From: an uncultured delta proteobacterium | GTDB lineage: Bacteria; Myxococcota; UBA727; VGSZ01 | DNA: 64,000 nt | Reading direction: 5' to 3' | NCBI GenBank assembly: GCA_963775425.1 | Contig: CAVZJB010000012.1 | Location: forward strand, 288,001 to 352,000 | Notes under the pieces: model-generated | Told to the model about the DNA's origin: nothing | The model's input: the letters and a program-made list of their open reading frames with translations, nothing else | The model's database searches: none | Position numbers and translations under genes: made by a program | Shown: positions 19,592 through 29,900 of the stretch, one piece after another | Position numbering within the stretch: the stretch's first letter is position 1 | How the letters are laid out: the number at the start of each line of letters is the position of its first letter

Positions 19592-20926
19592 TCAGGGCCA
19601 GATGCCGCGGGAGAGGTAGACGTCGCGCAGGCGCTCGAGCGAGATGGCGTAGCAGACGGTGCGCATGTCGTTGCTCTTGAGCTCGCGCATGCGCTCGAGC
19701 ACCGTTTGATAGGAGCGGCGCATGCGGCGCTCGAGGCGCATCTGCACTTCCTCGAGCTCCCAGCTCTCGCTGCGCTTGTTCTGCAGCCACTCGTAGTAGC
19801 TGACGATGACGCCGCCGGAGTTGGCGAGGATGTCGGGGATGACCTCGATGCCCTTGTCGAGGAGCACCTTCTCTCCCTCGAGGTCGGTGGGGCCGTTGGC
19901 GCCCTCGACGACGACCTTGCACGCCATCTCCTTGGCCTCGTCGGCGCCGATCTGCAGCTCGAGCGCGGCGGGGACGAAGATGTCGACGTCGGCGGCGAAG
20001 AACTCCTCGCGCGAGATCTCCTTGGCGCCCGGGTAGCCGTGAAGCCCGCGGTTCTTCTTGACGTAGTCGCCGAGCTTGTGCGGGTTGAAGCCTTCGGGGT
20101 TGCGGAAGTAGCCGGTGTGGTCGCCGACGGTGGTGAGCGTGACGCCCATGCGCGACAGGATGCGCGCGGCGTTGGAGCCGACGTTGCCGTAGCCCTGCAC
20201 CGCGAGGGTGCTGCCGTCGAGGTTGAAGCGCTTGGTGTGCGCCCACTCCTGGATGCAATAGACGACGCCTTGGCCCGTGGCCTGCTCGCGCCCCTGGGAG
20301 CCGCCGCACGGGAGTGACTTGCCGGTGACGACGCGTTTCACCGCCTGGCGGTCGCTGGTGCTGATGATGTTCACGTACGTGTCCATCATCCAGTCCATGG
20401 TCTGGCTGTTGGTGCCGACGTCGGGTGCGGGGACGTCCCACTCGGGGCCGATGTTGCTGCCGAGGGCGTGGGTGAAGCGGCGGGTGATGCGCTCCTTGTC
20501 CTCGGCGTCGAACTCGGCCGGGTTGAACTTCACGCCGCCCTTGGCGCCGCCGAGGGGCAGCCGCGCGAGCGCGCACTTCCACGTCATCCAGGAGGCCAGC
20601 GCCTTGCACTCGTCGAGATAGACGTCCTGGTGGTAGCGGATGCCGCCCTTGAAGGGCCCGAGGAGGTTCGAGTGCTGGACCCGGTAACCCTTGAACATCC
20701 GGATCTCACCGGACTTGAGCTTCACCGGGAAGTGGATGATCAGCTCGTTCTTGGGCTGGCCGAGGATGCCCGCGATCTCGGACGGCAGCTTGATCGCTTC
20801 GATGCCTCGCTCCAACTGAGCGGTGACGACGTCGAAGAGGTTGGCCCGCGTGTGGAAGGAGGACGCACCCCCCACCGGACCGCCCTCGCTCGAGACCTTG
20901 GGTTCCTCTGCGGTGGTTTTGGCCAT
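19592..20926 (-). CDS. gdhA: Glu/Leu/Phe/Val dehydrogenase (glutamate dehydrogenase)
   Basis: GYRVQH, GPFKGGIRY, MTWKCA, GGAKGG, DVPAPDVGT, QGYGNVG, EGANGP, NSGGVIVSYYEW. Confidence 0.92.
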   Translation of the reverse strand: MAKTTAEEPKVSSEGGPVGGASSFHTRANLFDVVTAQLERGIEAIKLPSEIAGILGQPKNELIIHFPVKLKSGEIRMFKGYRVQHSNLLGPFKGGIRYHQDVYLDECKALASWMTWKCALARLPLGGAKGGVKFNPAEFDAEDKERITRRFTHALGSNIGPEWDVPAPDVGTNSQTMDWMMDTYVNIISTSDRQAVKRVVTGKSLPCGGSQGREQATGQGVVYCIQEWAHTKRFNLDGSTLAVQGYGNVGSNAARILSRMGVTLTTVGDHTGYFRNPEGFNPHKLGDYVKKNRGLHGYPGAKEISREEFFAADVDIFVPAALELQIGADEAKEMACKVVVEGANGPTDLEGEKVLLDKGIEVIPDILANSGGVIVSYYEWLQNKRSESWELEEVQMRLERRMRRSYQTVLERMRELKSNDMRTVCYAISLERLRDVYLSRGIWP

Positions 20927-20973
20927 ATGTCCGGTCCTTTAGCACAAGGTCGGCACGGAGGTAGTGTGCCCCC

Positions 20974-21639
20974 ATGCGCAACGTCATCCTCGCCCTCCTG
21001 ATGCTCTCCCCCGCGGCCGCGCGCGCCGACGCCCTCAAGCTGGACGACGACCTCCTCGTCGAGGCAAATCGCCTCTTGGCAGAGAACACCCAGGCGGCGT
21101 CGACGCTGCCTGCGATGCTCGACCTGATGCATGAAGCGGCGTCGAAGACGTCGTCGTCGTCGTCCGGCCACGGCCCTGGGGTTCTCACCGGCGTGGGCAT
21201 CGGGCTCCAGGTGGGGACGCCCACGGCGCTCACCTTCAAATTCGGTGCGGCGGCAAACGCCAACATCGTCCTCGGCGTCGGCCTGGGCTTCGGCTTCAAC
21301 GATCCCTTCGGGCGCTTCTTTGGCTTGAGCCTCCACGGTGACTACCTGTTCACGCTCGTCACCCTCGTGAACAACGGCACCATCGACCTCACGGCGTACC
21401 TGGGGCCGGGGCTGTGGATCACGCTGTTCAACGCGAGCCACTACGTCTTCTTCAACAACTTCGTCATCGCCAACAACTACGACCTCATCGGCATCGGCGC
21501 ACGCTTGCCGCTCGGCCTCAACCTGCGCTTCTCCGCGGCGCCCATCGAGCTCTACCTCGAGCTCGACCCGGCGCTGTTCATCTTCCCGGGCATCGGCGGC
21601 TTCGTCGGCGCGTCGCTCGGCTTCCGGTGGTTCTTCTGA
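20974..21639 (+). CDS. Outer-membrane beta-barrel-like protein (DUF3996-like), paralog of 5268..5951
   Basis: GIGLQVGTPTALTFK, ARLPLGLN, ELYLEL; terminal RWFF. Confidence 0.65.
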   Translation: MRNVILALLMLSPAAARADALKLDDDLLVEANRLLAENTQAASTLPAMLDLMHEAASKTSSSSSGHGPGVLTGVGIGLQVGTPTALTFKFGAAANANIVLGVGLGFGFNDPFGRFFGLSLHGDYLFTLVTLVNNGTIDLTAYLGPGLWITLFNASHYVFFNNFVIANNYDLIGIGARLPLGLNLRFSAAPIELYLELDPALFIFPGIGGFVGASLGFRWFF

Positions 21640-22367
21640 TGCGCTTGTTCCTCCTCTCCCTCGCCGTCGTCGTCGTCGCCGCCGGCTGCGTCGACCGCGC
21701 CGCAGAACAAAAGAAGAAGGCGGCGCAGCAGAAGGCGTTCTTCGAGGCCGAGGCCAAGGCGCAGGCCGAGGAGGACAGGAAGGAGGCGCAGGCCGCCCTC
21801 GACGCCGCCACCAGCGGCTGCAGCGGCGGCGACGGCGCCAAGTGCGTCGAGCTCGGCCGCCTGCAGAAGGACAACGACAAGGCCGCCGCTGCGGCCTCCT
21901 TCGACAAGGGCTGTCACCTGAAGGACGCCGACGGCTGCCGCGAGGCGGCGGCGCTCATCGACGACGGCAAGAAGAAGCTCGAGCTGTTCACGTCGCTGTG
22001 TCACCTCAAGGACGCCGACGGCTGCGTCGAGGGCGCCAAGCTCGCCGACGCGCTCGTCGCCGATCACACGCTGCCGGAGCCGAAGAAGCTCGCGGCGCGC
22101 CCGGCCATGCAACTGCTCGAGCAGGCCTGCGTGCTCGGCCAGGCCATCGCCTGCACCGCCCGCGGCGTCGCCCTCGTCAACGACGAGCCCAAAGGCGCCG
22201 TCGCGTCCTTCGCCAAAGGCTGCGACGCCGGCGAGCCCACCTCGTGCATGCAGCTCGGCCTCATGTACAAGGAGGGCAAGGGCATGCGGAAGAAGAACGA
22301 GAAGAAGGCCGCCGAGCTCCTGAAGAAGGCGTGCGACGCCGGGCTGAAGGATGCGTGCGGCGGCTGA
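21639..22367 (+). CDS. Sel1-like repeat, Cys-rich lipoprotein (Hcp-like)
   Basis: TGATG overlap; VAAGC lipobox; repeated KGC/KAC..G...C units; LGLMYKEGKG. Confidence 0.8.
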   Translation: MRLFLLSLAVVVVAAGCVDRAAEQKKKAAQQKAFFEAEAKAQAEEDRKEAQAALDAATSGCSGGDGAKCVELGRLQKDNDKAAAAASFDKGCHLKDADGCREAAALIDDGKKKLELFTSLCHLKDADGCVEGAKLADALVADHTLPEPKKLAARPAMQLLEQACVLGQAIACTARGVALVNDEPKGAVASFAKGCDAGEPTSCMQLGLMYKEGKGMRKKNEKKAAELLKKACDAGLKDACGG

Positions 22368-22373
22368 CGGCGC

Positions 22374-23543
22374 TCAGATCGTGAAGGCGATGTCGCGCGC
22401 GGCGTCCGCGGGGCCGTCGGCGTCGCCGCCGTCGAGGAGCCAGGCGCGGTAGGCCTCGATGTCGGCGTGGAGCAGGTCCGCCTCGGTGCTGGCGAAGGCG
22501 AGCGGCTCCGGCCCGCGCATGCCCTTGCGCTGCGCCGCCATGATCTCGACGTCCTGCGTGATGACCTGCGTCGTGTACCAGAAGAGCACGCGCTCGAGCG
22601 CGCGCGCGAGCAGGTTGCCGGGCAGGTCGGCGGGCAGGCGGTAGGAGATGGCGGTGTACACCATGGAGTCGAGCGGACCGACAGGTGTGATCTGACTGTT
22701 GATGACGAAGCCCGCCCGGTCTCCCCACGTGTAGTCGACGCGGGTGATGTTCGGGACATAGTATTTGTCGGTGTGCACCATGGGCTCGGTACCGAGCGGG
22801 TTCATGATGCGGCCAAGGCCCGAGAGCAGGTCCTGCGCCTGCCGATAGGTGACGAGGACCGAGCCGTTCGCGCGCTCCACCGTGGCCGGCACCCGCTTGG
22901 TGCGCCGCCGGCGGAACCAACCGCGATGGACGTACACCGTGTGCGGCACGTCCATGAAATTCTCCACCAGGTTGGTCACGCCGTTTGGGAAACGTGTGAC
23001 CATGAAGTAGACGACCCAATCCGGGTGGTTCCAATAGGGCACCGGGAACGGGTCCTTTCGGGGCTCTCCCAGGCACACGTAGACGAGGCCGTCCTGCTCG
23101 CGCACCGCGAAGGTCTTCAGGCAGCCGACGTCGGCGGGCGCGAGGCGCAGCCCCGCCCGCTGGTGCTCGACGTCGGAGAGCACGCCCCCGCGCTGCGCAT
23201 CGCCGAGCGACGGGATGTGCACGCAGCGTCCGGCGCCGTCGTAGCTCCAGCCGTGGTAGGGGCAGCAGAGCTTGCCGTCGACGACCTCGCCCGACGACAG
23301 CGCGGTGGCCCGATGCAGACACCGGTCGCGCGCGGCGCAGGCGTGGCCGCGCTCGTCGCGAAACAGCACGATGGGCAGGCCGAACACCGTGCGCGCGAGC
23401 GGCTTCGTGCGCGACAGCTCGGTCGACAGGCACGCCGGCGTCCAGAAGTCCTTCAGGGCGCCGCAGCGCTCGACGTCGGCTTCGCGCTCGAGGTCGATCT
23501 GGGGCCGGTTGACGACCTCGCCCTTGTGGAGGTGGAGCACCAT
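22374..23543 (-). CDS. Rieske non-heme iron oxygenase, alpha subunit
   Basis: DRCLHR...CPYHGW Rieske ligands; ENFMDVPHTVYVH and QDVEI mononuclear Fe ligands. Alternative ATG at 23555. Confidence 0.92.
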   Translation of the reverse strand: MVLHLHKGEVVNRPQIDLEREADVERCGALKDFWTPACLSTELSRTKPLARTVFGLPIVLFRDERGHACAARDRCLHRATALSSGEVVDGKLCCPYHGWSYDGAGRCVHIPSLGDAQRGGVLSDVEHQRAGLRLAPADVGCLKTFAVREQDGLVYVCLGEPRKDPFPVPYWNHPDWVVYFMVTRFPNGVTNLVENFMDVPHTVYVHRGWFRRRRTKRVPATVERANGSVLVTYRQAQDLLSGLGRIMNPLGTEPMVHTDKYYVPNITRVDYTWGDRAGFVINSQITPVGPLDSMVYTAISYRLPADLPGNLLARALERVLFWYTTQVITQDVEIMAAQRKGMRGPEPLAFASTEADLLHADIEAYRAWLLDGGDADGPADAARDIAFTI

Positions 23544-23608
23544 GGCCGCGAGCATAGCGCCGGCGTGCGCGCCGCGGCCGGGTCCGTTAGGACTAGCGGG
23601 AGGCGCGC

Positions 23609-24442
23609 ATGAGCTGGGGATGGACGAGCGTTCTCGTCCGGGTGGTCAAGAAGATCGGGAGCGAGAACATCCCGCTCGTCGCCGCGGGTGTGTCCTTCTA
23701 CGCGACGCTGGCGATCTTCCCCGCGCTCATCGCGATCGTATCGATCTATGGCTTGGTCTCCGACGCGAACGACCTCGAGCGCGAGCTGCGCGCGCTGTCC
23801 GGTGCGCTGCCCGCGAGCGCGCAGGCGTTGATGCTCCGCCAGCTCACGGAGATCGTCAGGAGCTCGCCCACCGCGCTCGGCTGGGGCGTGGTGCTCAGCA
23901 TCGCAGGCGTGCTGTGGAGCGCCGCGAGCGGCGCCAAGGGCCTCATCAAGGCCGTGAACCTCGCCTGCCACGCGAAGAGGAAGCGCAACTTCGTGCACCT
24001 GACCGCGCTCGCGCTGGTGTTCGCCGTCGGCATCATCGTCGTCACCGTCGTCGTCCTCTTCGCCATCGCCGCCCTGCCGCGCCTGCTCGCGCTCCTGGGG
24101 GTGGGGAGCTCGGGCGTGGCCGCGCTCGCGTGGCTGCGCTGGCCGGTGCTCTTCCTGCTCGTGCTCGGCGCGCTCGCCGTGTTCTACACATACGCGCCGG
24201 CGGACGAGCGGCCGCGCTTTCGCTCGGTGGCGGCGGGCGCCGCGTCGGCGACCGCGCTGTGGACCGCGGCTTCGTTGTTGTTCTCGTGGTACGTCTCGAG
24301 CTTCTCCAAGCTCAACCAGACCTACGGCACGCTCGCCGGCGTGATCGTGCTGCTCCTGTGGTTCTACATCTCGGGCGTGGTGGTCCTGCTCGGCGCCGAG
24401 CTCAACGCCGAGCTCGAGCGCCGGCGGGCGCCCGCGGCTTGA
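23609..24442 (+). CDS. YihY/virulence factor BrkB family membrane protein
   Basis: AAGVSFYATLAIFP, RWP, TYGTLAGVIVLLLWFY, LLGAELN. Confidence 0.92.
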   Translation: MSWGWTSVLVRVVKKIGSENIPLVAAGVSFYATLAIFPALIAIVSIYGLVSDANDLERELRALSGALPASAQALMLRQLTEIVRSSPTALGWGVVLSIAGVLWSAASGAKGLIKAVNLACHAKRKRNFVHLTALALVFAVGIIVVTVVVLFAIAALPRLLALLGVGSSGVAALAWLRWPVLFLLVLGALAVFYTYAPADERPRFRSVAAGAASATALWTAASLLFSWYVSSFSKLNQTYGTLAGVIVLLLWFYISGVVVLLGAELNAELERRRAPAA

Positions 24443-24445
24443 CGC

Positions 24446-24910
24446 TCAGGCGGGCGCGTACTCGACGACGGTGACGTCCTCGCCCGCGAGCGCGTCGTCG
24501 ATGACCTTCGACAGGACCGCCCAGTCGCCGCCGGCGGCGCCCGCGCCGATGCGCGGCAGCCCGATGCGCTTGCCCGCGTACGCCTCGCGCACCGCGCGCA
24601 TCGCGCGGCCGACGGCGTCGACGTCGACGAGGGGGGTGGTGCTGCGCCCGCCGCGGTATTGCGTGTAGGCGTTGACGACGGTGAAGCGGTGCTCGCCGTC
24701 CCCGACCACCTCCGCCGACGACAACCTGCCGAGCTTCCCGCGGTCGCCCTTGGTGGTGCGGCAGTCGGCCGCGTAGGCCTCCGGGAAGCGCCGCTTGATC
24801 TGTCCGGCGACGCCGCTGCCGAACGCGCAGAAGCAGTTGCAGCCGTGCACGATGACGTCGAAGTCGCCGCGCTGTGCGAGAGCAAGGAGGTCACCGCGCA
24901 CGCTCTTCAT
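24446..24910 (-). CDS. Macro-domain (ADP-ribose processing) protein
   Basis: GDLL, IVHGCNC..FGSGVA, VNAYTQY, PRIGAGAAGGDW. Confidence 0.88.
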   Translation of the reverse strand: MKSVRGDLLALAQRGDFDVIVHGCNCFCAFGSGVAGQIKRRFPEAYAADCRTTKGDRGKLGRLSSAEVVGDGEHRFTVVNAYTQYRGGRSTTPLVDVDAVGRAMRAVREAYAGKRIGLPRIGAGAAGGDWAVLSKVIDDALAGEDVTVVEYAPA

Positions 24911-24971
24911 GGCGCGGAGGATGCCGCGAACCCGGGCGCGCGGCTATCCGGATCGCGCACCCTCGGCGAGC

Positions 24972-26144
24972 TCAGGACGCGCGCGCGGGGAGCCGCACGC
25001 GGAAGCGCGTGCCCTCGACCGCGTTCGAGCGGACCTCGATGGTGCCGCCGTGGGCGCGCACGATCTCGCGCGCGATGAACAGGCCGAGCCCGAGGCCGCG
25101 GCGCCCCTCGCGTGGGACGCCCCTGCGGTAGGGCTCGAAGACGTGCGGCAAGACGGCCTCGTCGATGGGCGCGCCGCCGTTGTGGACGTCGACGAGCGCC
25201 GCGCCGCCGGCGTCCGTCCGCACCGATACCGTGACGGTGGAGCCGTCACCGTGCACCACCGCGTTGGTGACGAGGTTCGACAACGCCTGAGCGAACGCGC
25301 GCCCATCGAGCTGCGCGGCTGCGCCGGGCGGGGCGTCGAGGACGATGACGGACTCGGCGTGCACGGCTTCCACCTCCGCGATGACCGCGCGACACAGCGC
25401 GCCTAGATCGTGCTCGGACGCGTGCACCGGGAAGCCGGTCTGCGCGCGCGACGCGTCCACCATCTCCTCGATCATGTCGGCCATGCGGCCGGCGCTGCGC
25501 ATGATGCGGTCGACGCGCGGGCCGATGCCGGGGCACGTCGACTGCCGCGCGATGACGCGCGCGGTCAGCGTGATGGCTGACAGCGGCGTGCGCAGGTCGT
25601 GCCCCACCACCGCGAGCAGGTGATCGCGCAACAGGTGCGTCTCGTCGACGGCGCGCCGCGACGACTCGGCCTCCTCGAGAGCGCGCTCGATGCGCTCGAG
25701 GTCGTTCTGCATCTCGCGCTGGCGGTAGGCGAGGTCGAGGAACACGCGCACCTTGGTGCGCACCACCTCGGGCGTCACCGGCTTGGTGATGAAGTCCACC
25801 GCGCCGCCGTTGGTGTAGGCGCGCAGGACCTTGGACTCGTCGTGCTGCGCCGCCGTGACGAAGATGATGGGGACGCTGCGCGTCCTCTCGATGCCGCGCA
25901 TCATCTCGGCGAGCTCGATGCCGTCCATCCCCGGCATCTGCACGTCGATGAGCGCGACCGCAAAGTCTCGCTGCAGGAGGAGCTCGAGCGCTTCGTCGGC
26001 GCAGCGCGCCATGCAGATGTGCGCGCCGGTGTCTCGCAGCAGCGCTTCGTGGGCGAAGAGGTTCTCTTCCCGGTCATCGACGAGCAGGCAACCGGGCTGG
26101 AAGGCGTTGGCAACCGAACCGTCGACCATGCTTTCGAATCTCAT
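24972..26144 (-). CDS. Hybrid response regulator-histidine kinase (REC-HisKA-HATPase)
   Basis: LLVDD, LIDVQMP, HDLRTPL, NLVTNA, GLGLGL. Start 26144 or 26129. Confidence 0.9.
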   Translation of the reverse strand: MRFESMVDGSVANAFQPGCLLVDDREENLFAHEALLRDTGAHICMARCADEALELLLQRDFAVALIDVQMPGMDGIELAEMMRGIERTRSVPIIFVTAAQHDESKVLRAYTNGGAVDFITKPVTPEVVRTKVRVFLDLAYRQREMQNDLERIERALEEAESSRRAVDETHLLRDHLLAVVGHDLRTPLSAITLTARVIARQSTCPGIGPRVDRIMRSAGRMADMIEEMVDASRAQTGFPVHASEHDLGALCRAVIAEVEAVHAESVIVLDAPPGAAAQLDGRAFAQALSNLVTNAVVHGDGSTVTVSVRTDAGGAALVDVHNGGAPIDEAVLPHVFEPYRRGVPREGRRGLGLGLFIAREIVRAHGGTIEVRSNAVEGTRFRVRLPARAS

Positions 26145-26160
26145 ATGCTGCGTACGGCGT

Positions 26161-26988
26161 CTAGCTCGATCGCTTTCGGCGATAGATGTGTTGATCCGAC
26201 ACGACGGCCTCGAACGCTGCGCGCCGCCCGTCGCGCGCGAGCCGCTCGGCGCCGCCGAGGCAGAGGTAGCCGCCGGGACACAATGCCTCCGCGAAGAGAT
26301 CGACCGCGCGTTCTTGAAGCCGCTGCTCAAAGTAGATCAGTACGTTTCGGCACATGATCAGGTGGACCTCGGAGAACACGGCGTCGGTGGCGAGGTTGTG
26401 CTCCGCGAACACCACCTTGTCGAGCAAGTGGGGCTCGAACAGCGCCGCGTCGTAGTCGACGGTGTAGTAGGCGGAGAGCGAGCGCGCGCCGCCGGCGGCG
26501 AGGTAGCTCGCGCTGTAGCCCGCCACCCGGTGTCGCGGGACCACGCCGCGGCGCGCCTTCTCGAGGCTCGCGGTGTCGATATCGGTGGCGTAGATCATCG
26601 TCCTGTCGAGGAGGCCCTCCTCGGACAGCGCGATGCAGAGGGACAGCACCTCTTCGCCGGTGCTGCAGCCCGCGACCCAGATCTTGAGCGCCGGATAGGT
26701 GCGCAGGTAGGGCAGCACCTCGGTGCGCAGCGCGGCGAACAACGGCGGGTCCCGGAACATCTCCGTGACGGCGACGGTGATGTGCGAGACGAGCATGATG
26801 AACGAGGTCTCGTCGCGCAGCACGCGCCCCTGCAGCTCCGAGAGCGTGTTGAACCCCATGCTCGCCGCCGCCTGCTCGAGGCGGCGCTTCATCGAGCTGC
26901 GCGCGTAGTCGCGGAAGTCGTACCCGTAGCGCGCGCAGACGCTCTCGAGCAGCGCATCCACCTCGATGTCTTCGACGTCGCGCGCCAC
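26161..26988 (-). CDS. cheR: CheR-type protein-glutamate methyltransferase
   Basis: YGYDFRDY, TEMFRDP, IWVAGCSTGEE, ATDID, CRNVLIYF. Confidence 0.92.
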   Translation of the reverse strand: MARDVEDIEVDALLESVCARYGYDFRDYARSSMKRRLEQAAASMGFNTLSELQGRVLRDETSFIMLVSHITVAVTEMFRDPPLFAALRTEVLPYLRTYPALKIWVAGCSTGEEVLSLCIALSEEGLLDRTMIYATDIDTASLEKARRGVVPRHRVAGYSASYLAAGGARSLSAYYTVDYDAALFEPHLLDKVVFAEHNLATDAVFSEVHLIMCRNVLIYFEQRLQERAVDLFAEALCPGGYLCLGGAERLARDGRRAAFEAVVSDQHIYRRKRSS

Positions 26989-26992
26989 GGCG

Positions 26993-29900
26993 TCACGCGA
27001 ACAGCGCGCGCCGGTGGCCCGCCCAGACCCGCAGGAGCGCGAGCAGGCGGTCCACCTCCACGGGCTTGGAGAGGTAGTCGCTCGCCCCGGCCCGCAGGCA
27101 ACGCTCCTGATCGTCCGGCATGGCGCGCGCGGTGAGCGCGATGACGGGGAGCGCGTCGAAGCGCGGGTCCGCGCGGATCTTGCGGATGGCCTCGTGCCCG
27201 TCCATCACGGGCATCATGATGTCCATCAACACGAGATCGACGGAGGCGTCGCGCTCGAGCTCGTCGAGCGCCTCCTTGCCGTTGCGCGCGATGCGGACGC
27301 GGGCGCGCTGCTCCTCGAGGACGCGCGTGAGGGCGTAGACGTTGCGGATGTCGTCGTCGACGATGAGGATGTTCTTGTGCTCGAGGGCGCGGTCGCGCTT
27401 GCGGATCTCGGCGAGCAAGCGCTGGTGGTCCTCCGGCAGCTCCTCCTCCACCTTGTGGAGGAACAGCGTGACCTCGTGGAGCAGCCGCTCTGGGGAGCGC
27501 GCGCCCTTGAGGACGATGGTGCGCGCGTAGCGTTGGAGGCGCTCCTGCTCGTCGGCCGAGAGGTCGCGCCCCGTGTAGATGATCACCGGCGGGTGCGCGA
27601 AGCGCTCACCGGCGGCCATGGTCTCCACGAGCTCGAAGCCGGACATGTCGGGCAGCCCGAGGTCGAGGACCACGCAGTCGAAGGTGACGCGCGCGAGCTC
27701 TTCGAGGGCGGCCGCCGCCGTCTGCGCGATGACGACGTCGAGGTCGTCCTGCGCGAGGAGCGCGCGGATGGCGTCGCGCTGCGCCGCGTTGTCCTCGACG
27801 ACCAGCACCCGCTTCACTGGCTGCCGCGCCCGCGCCGCGATCTCCGAGAGCGTGCGCACGATCTCTTCGCGCTTGGCGGGCTTGAGCATGGTGGAGACGG
27901 CGCCCATCTCCCGCGCGCTCTGCGTGCAGTCGAGGACCGAGAGCACGTGCACGGGGATGTGGCGGCTGCGCGGCGAGGCCTTGAGCTGATCGAGGACGGC
28001 GAGGCCGCTCATGTCCGGCAGCTTCATGTCGAGGATGATGGCGTCGGGGCGGTGCTCGCACGCCAGCGCCAGCCCGTCGGCGCCGGTGGTCGCGATGAGA
28101 CACTGGTGGTCGAGGCCGTGCACGAGGTCGTGCAGCACGAACGCGAAGTGCTCGTCGTCCTCGATGACGAGCACGGTGCGGCGTGAGCCGTCGAGCGCGT
28201 CGCGATCGTCGGCGACGCTTCGATCGCGCTCGGCACCACGAGGCGAAGAACGCGCGGCGATTGTGGCCGGCGGCGTCGCCGGGCGCGCGCCACCGTCGGC
28301 GGCGCGCGCGCTCGGAAGCGTGCGCGGGATGCGCAGCGTGAACGTGCTCCCCTCGCCGAGGGCGCTGTCCACCTCGATGTCGCCACCCATGAGGGCCGCG
28401 AGCCGCTGGGCGATGGAGAGGCCGAGGCCCGTGCCCTCGGGGCGGGCGCCGTTTTCGACCTGGTGAAACGCGTCGAAGATGCGCCCGATCTCCTCGGGGG
28501 CGATGCCGGCGCCGGTGTCGCGCACGCGGAACACCGCCCGCTCACCCTCGGCGGAGAAGGTGGCTTCGACGGCGCCCTGCTCGGTGAACTTGACGGCGTT
28601 GGCGAGGAGGTTGCGCAGGATCTGCTCGAGCCGGCCGCGGTCGGTGTGGAGGCGGGCGTCGCCGGGCGCCGTGTCGATGGTGAGCGCGAGGTTCTTTCGC
28701 TGCGCCAGGGGGCGGAAGGAGCGCTCGATGTCCGCGGCGAGCTCGGCGAGGGTGAAGCTCGAGGCCTCGACGTTCAGCTTGCCGGCCTCGACCTTGGAGA
28801 TGTCCAGCACGTCGTTGATCAAGCCGAGGAGGTCGTTGCCGGCGTGATGGATGGTCTCGGCGTACTTGACCTGCTCCGCCGTCAGGTTGCCGCCGCGGTT
28901 GTCGGCGAGGAGCCGCGCGAGGATGAGGGCGCTGTTGAGCGGCGTACGCAGCTCGTGGGACATGTTGGCGAGGAACTCGGACTTGTACTTGCTGGCGCGC
29001 TCGAGCTCGGCGGTCTTCTGTTCGAGGGCCTGCGTCACGCGCCGCAGCGAGTCGTTGCGCTCCTCGAGCTCGGCGTGCTGCTCCTCGAGCCGCGCCTGCG
29101 ACTCCTGCAGCGTGGCGGACTGGCGCTCGAGCTCGACGTTGATCTCCTGCAGCTCGCGCCGCCGCTCCTCGAGCTCGGCGGCCTGCACGCGCGACGTCTC
29201 GAGGAGCTCGCGCTGATGCTCCTGGTAGTGGGACGAGCGGAACGCCGCGCCGATGGGCTCGGCGATCTGCGTCAGGTATGCCTCGGCGAGCGCCGGCGCC
29301 TTGCCGCTGAAGCCGAGCTCGATGACGCCGGCGACGCCGCCGTTGGCCGGCAGCGGCGCCACGATCACCTCGCGCGGCGGGGCGACGCCGAGCCCGGAGC
29401 TGACGTCGGCATAGCCGCGCGGCACGTCGCTGAGCCGGATGATGCGCCGGTCGCGCGCGGCCTGACCGACGAGCCCCTCGCCCATCCCGAACGCCGGCGC
29501 GGACCGCATGCGCTCCGGGGAGACCGCGTAGCCGCCCACGAGCTTGAAGGGCGCGTGGTCGCGCGACGCGAACAGCGCACCCGTGTGGGCTCCGAGGCGC
29601 TTGCACGCCTCGGCCACCACCCGCGCGGCGAGCTGCACGCCGTCGCGCTCGCCCTGCATGGTCTCGGACAGCCGCGCCTGCCCCTCCTTCAACCAGTGGT
29701 CGGTCTGGATGCGGGTCCGCGAGACGACGAATCGCGAAGTGACCACCGCCATGACCCAGATGACCAGCGCGCCGATCTCCCGGTTCTTGAGGGCGATCTC
29801 GTCGATGCTGCCCTGCGGGGAGTGGTGGAAGCCGAGCGCCAGCAGCCCGGTGCTGACCGCCGCGGTGGCGAGCGGGACCCAGGCGCGGGACGCGAACAGG

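Noticed and set aside
26161-26988. Chemotaxis operon
   Set aside because: No cheA, cheW, cheY or MCP; the context is a hybrid-kinase cassette.
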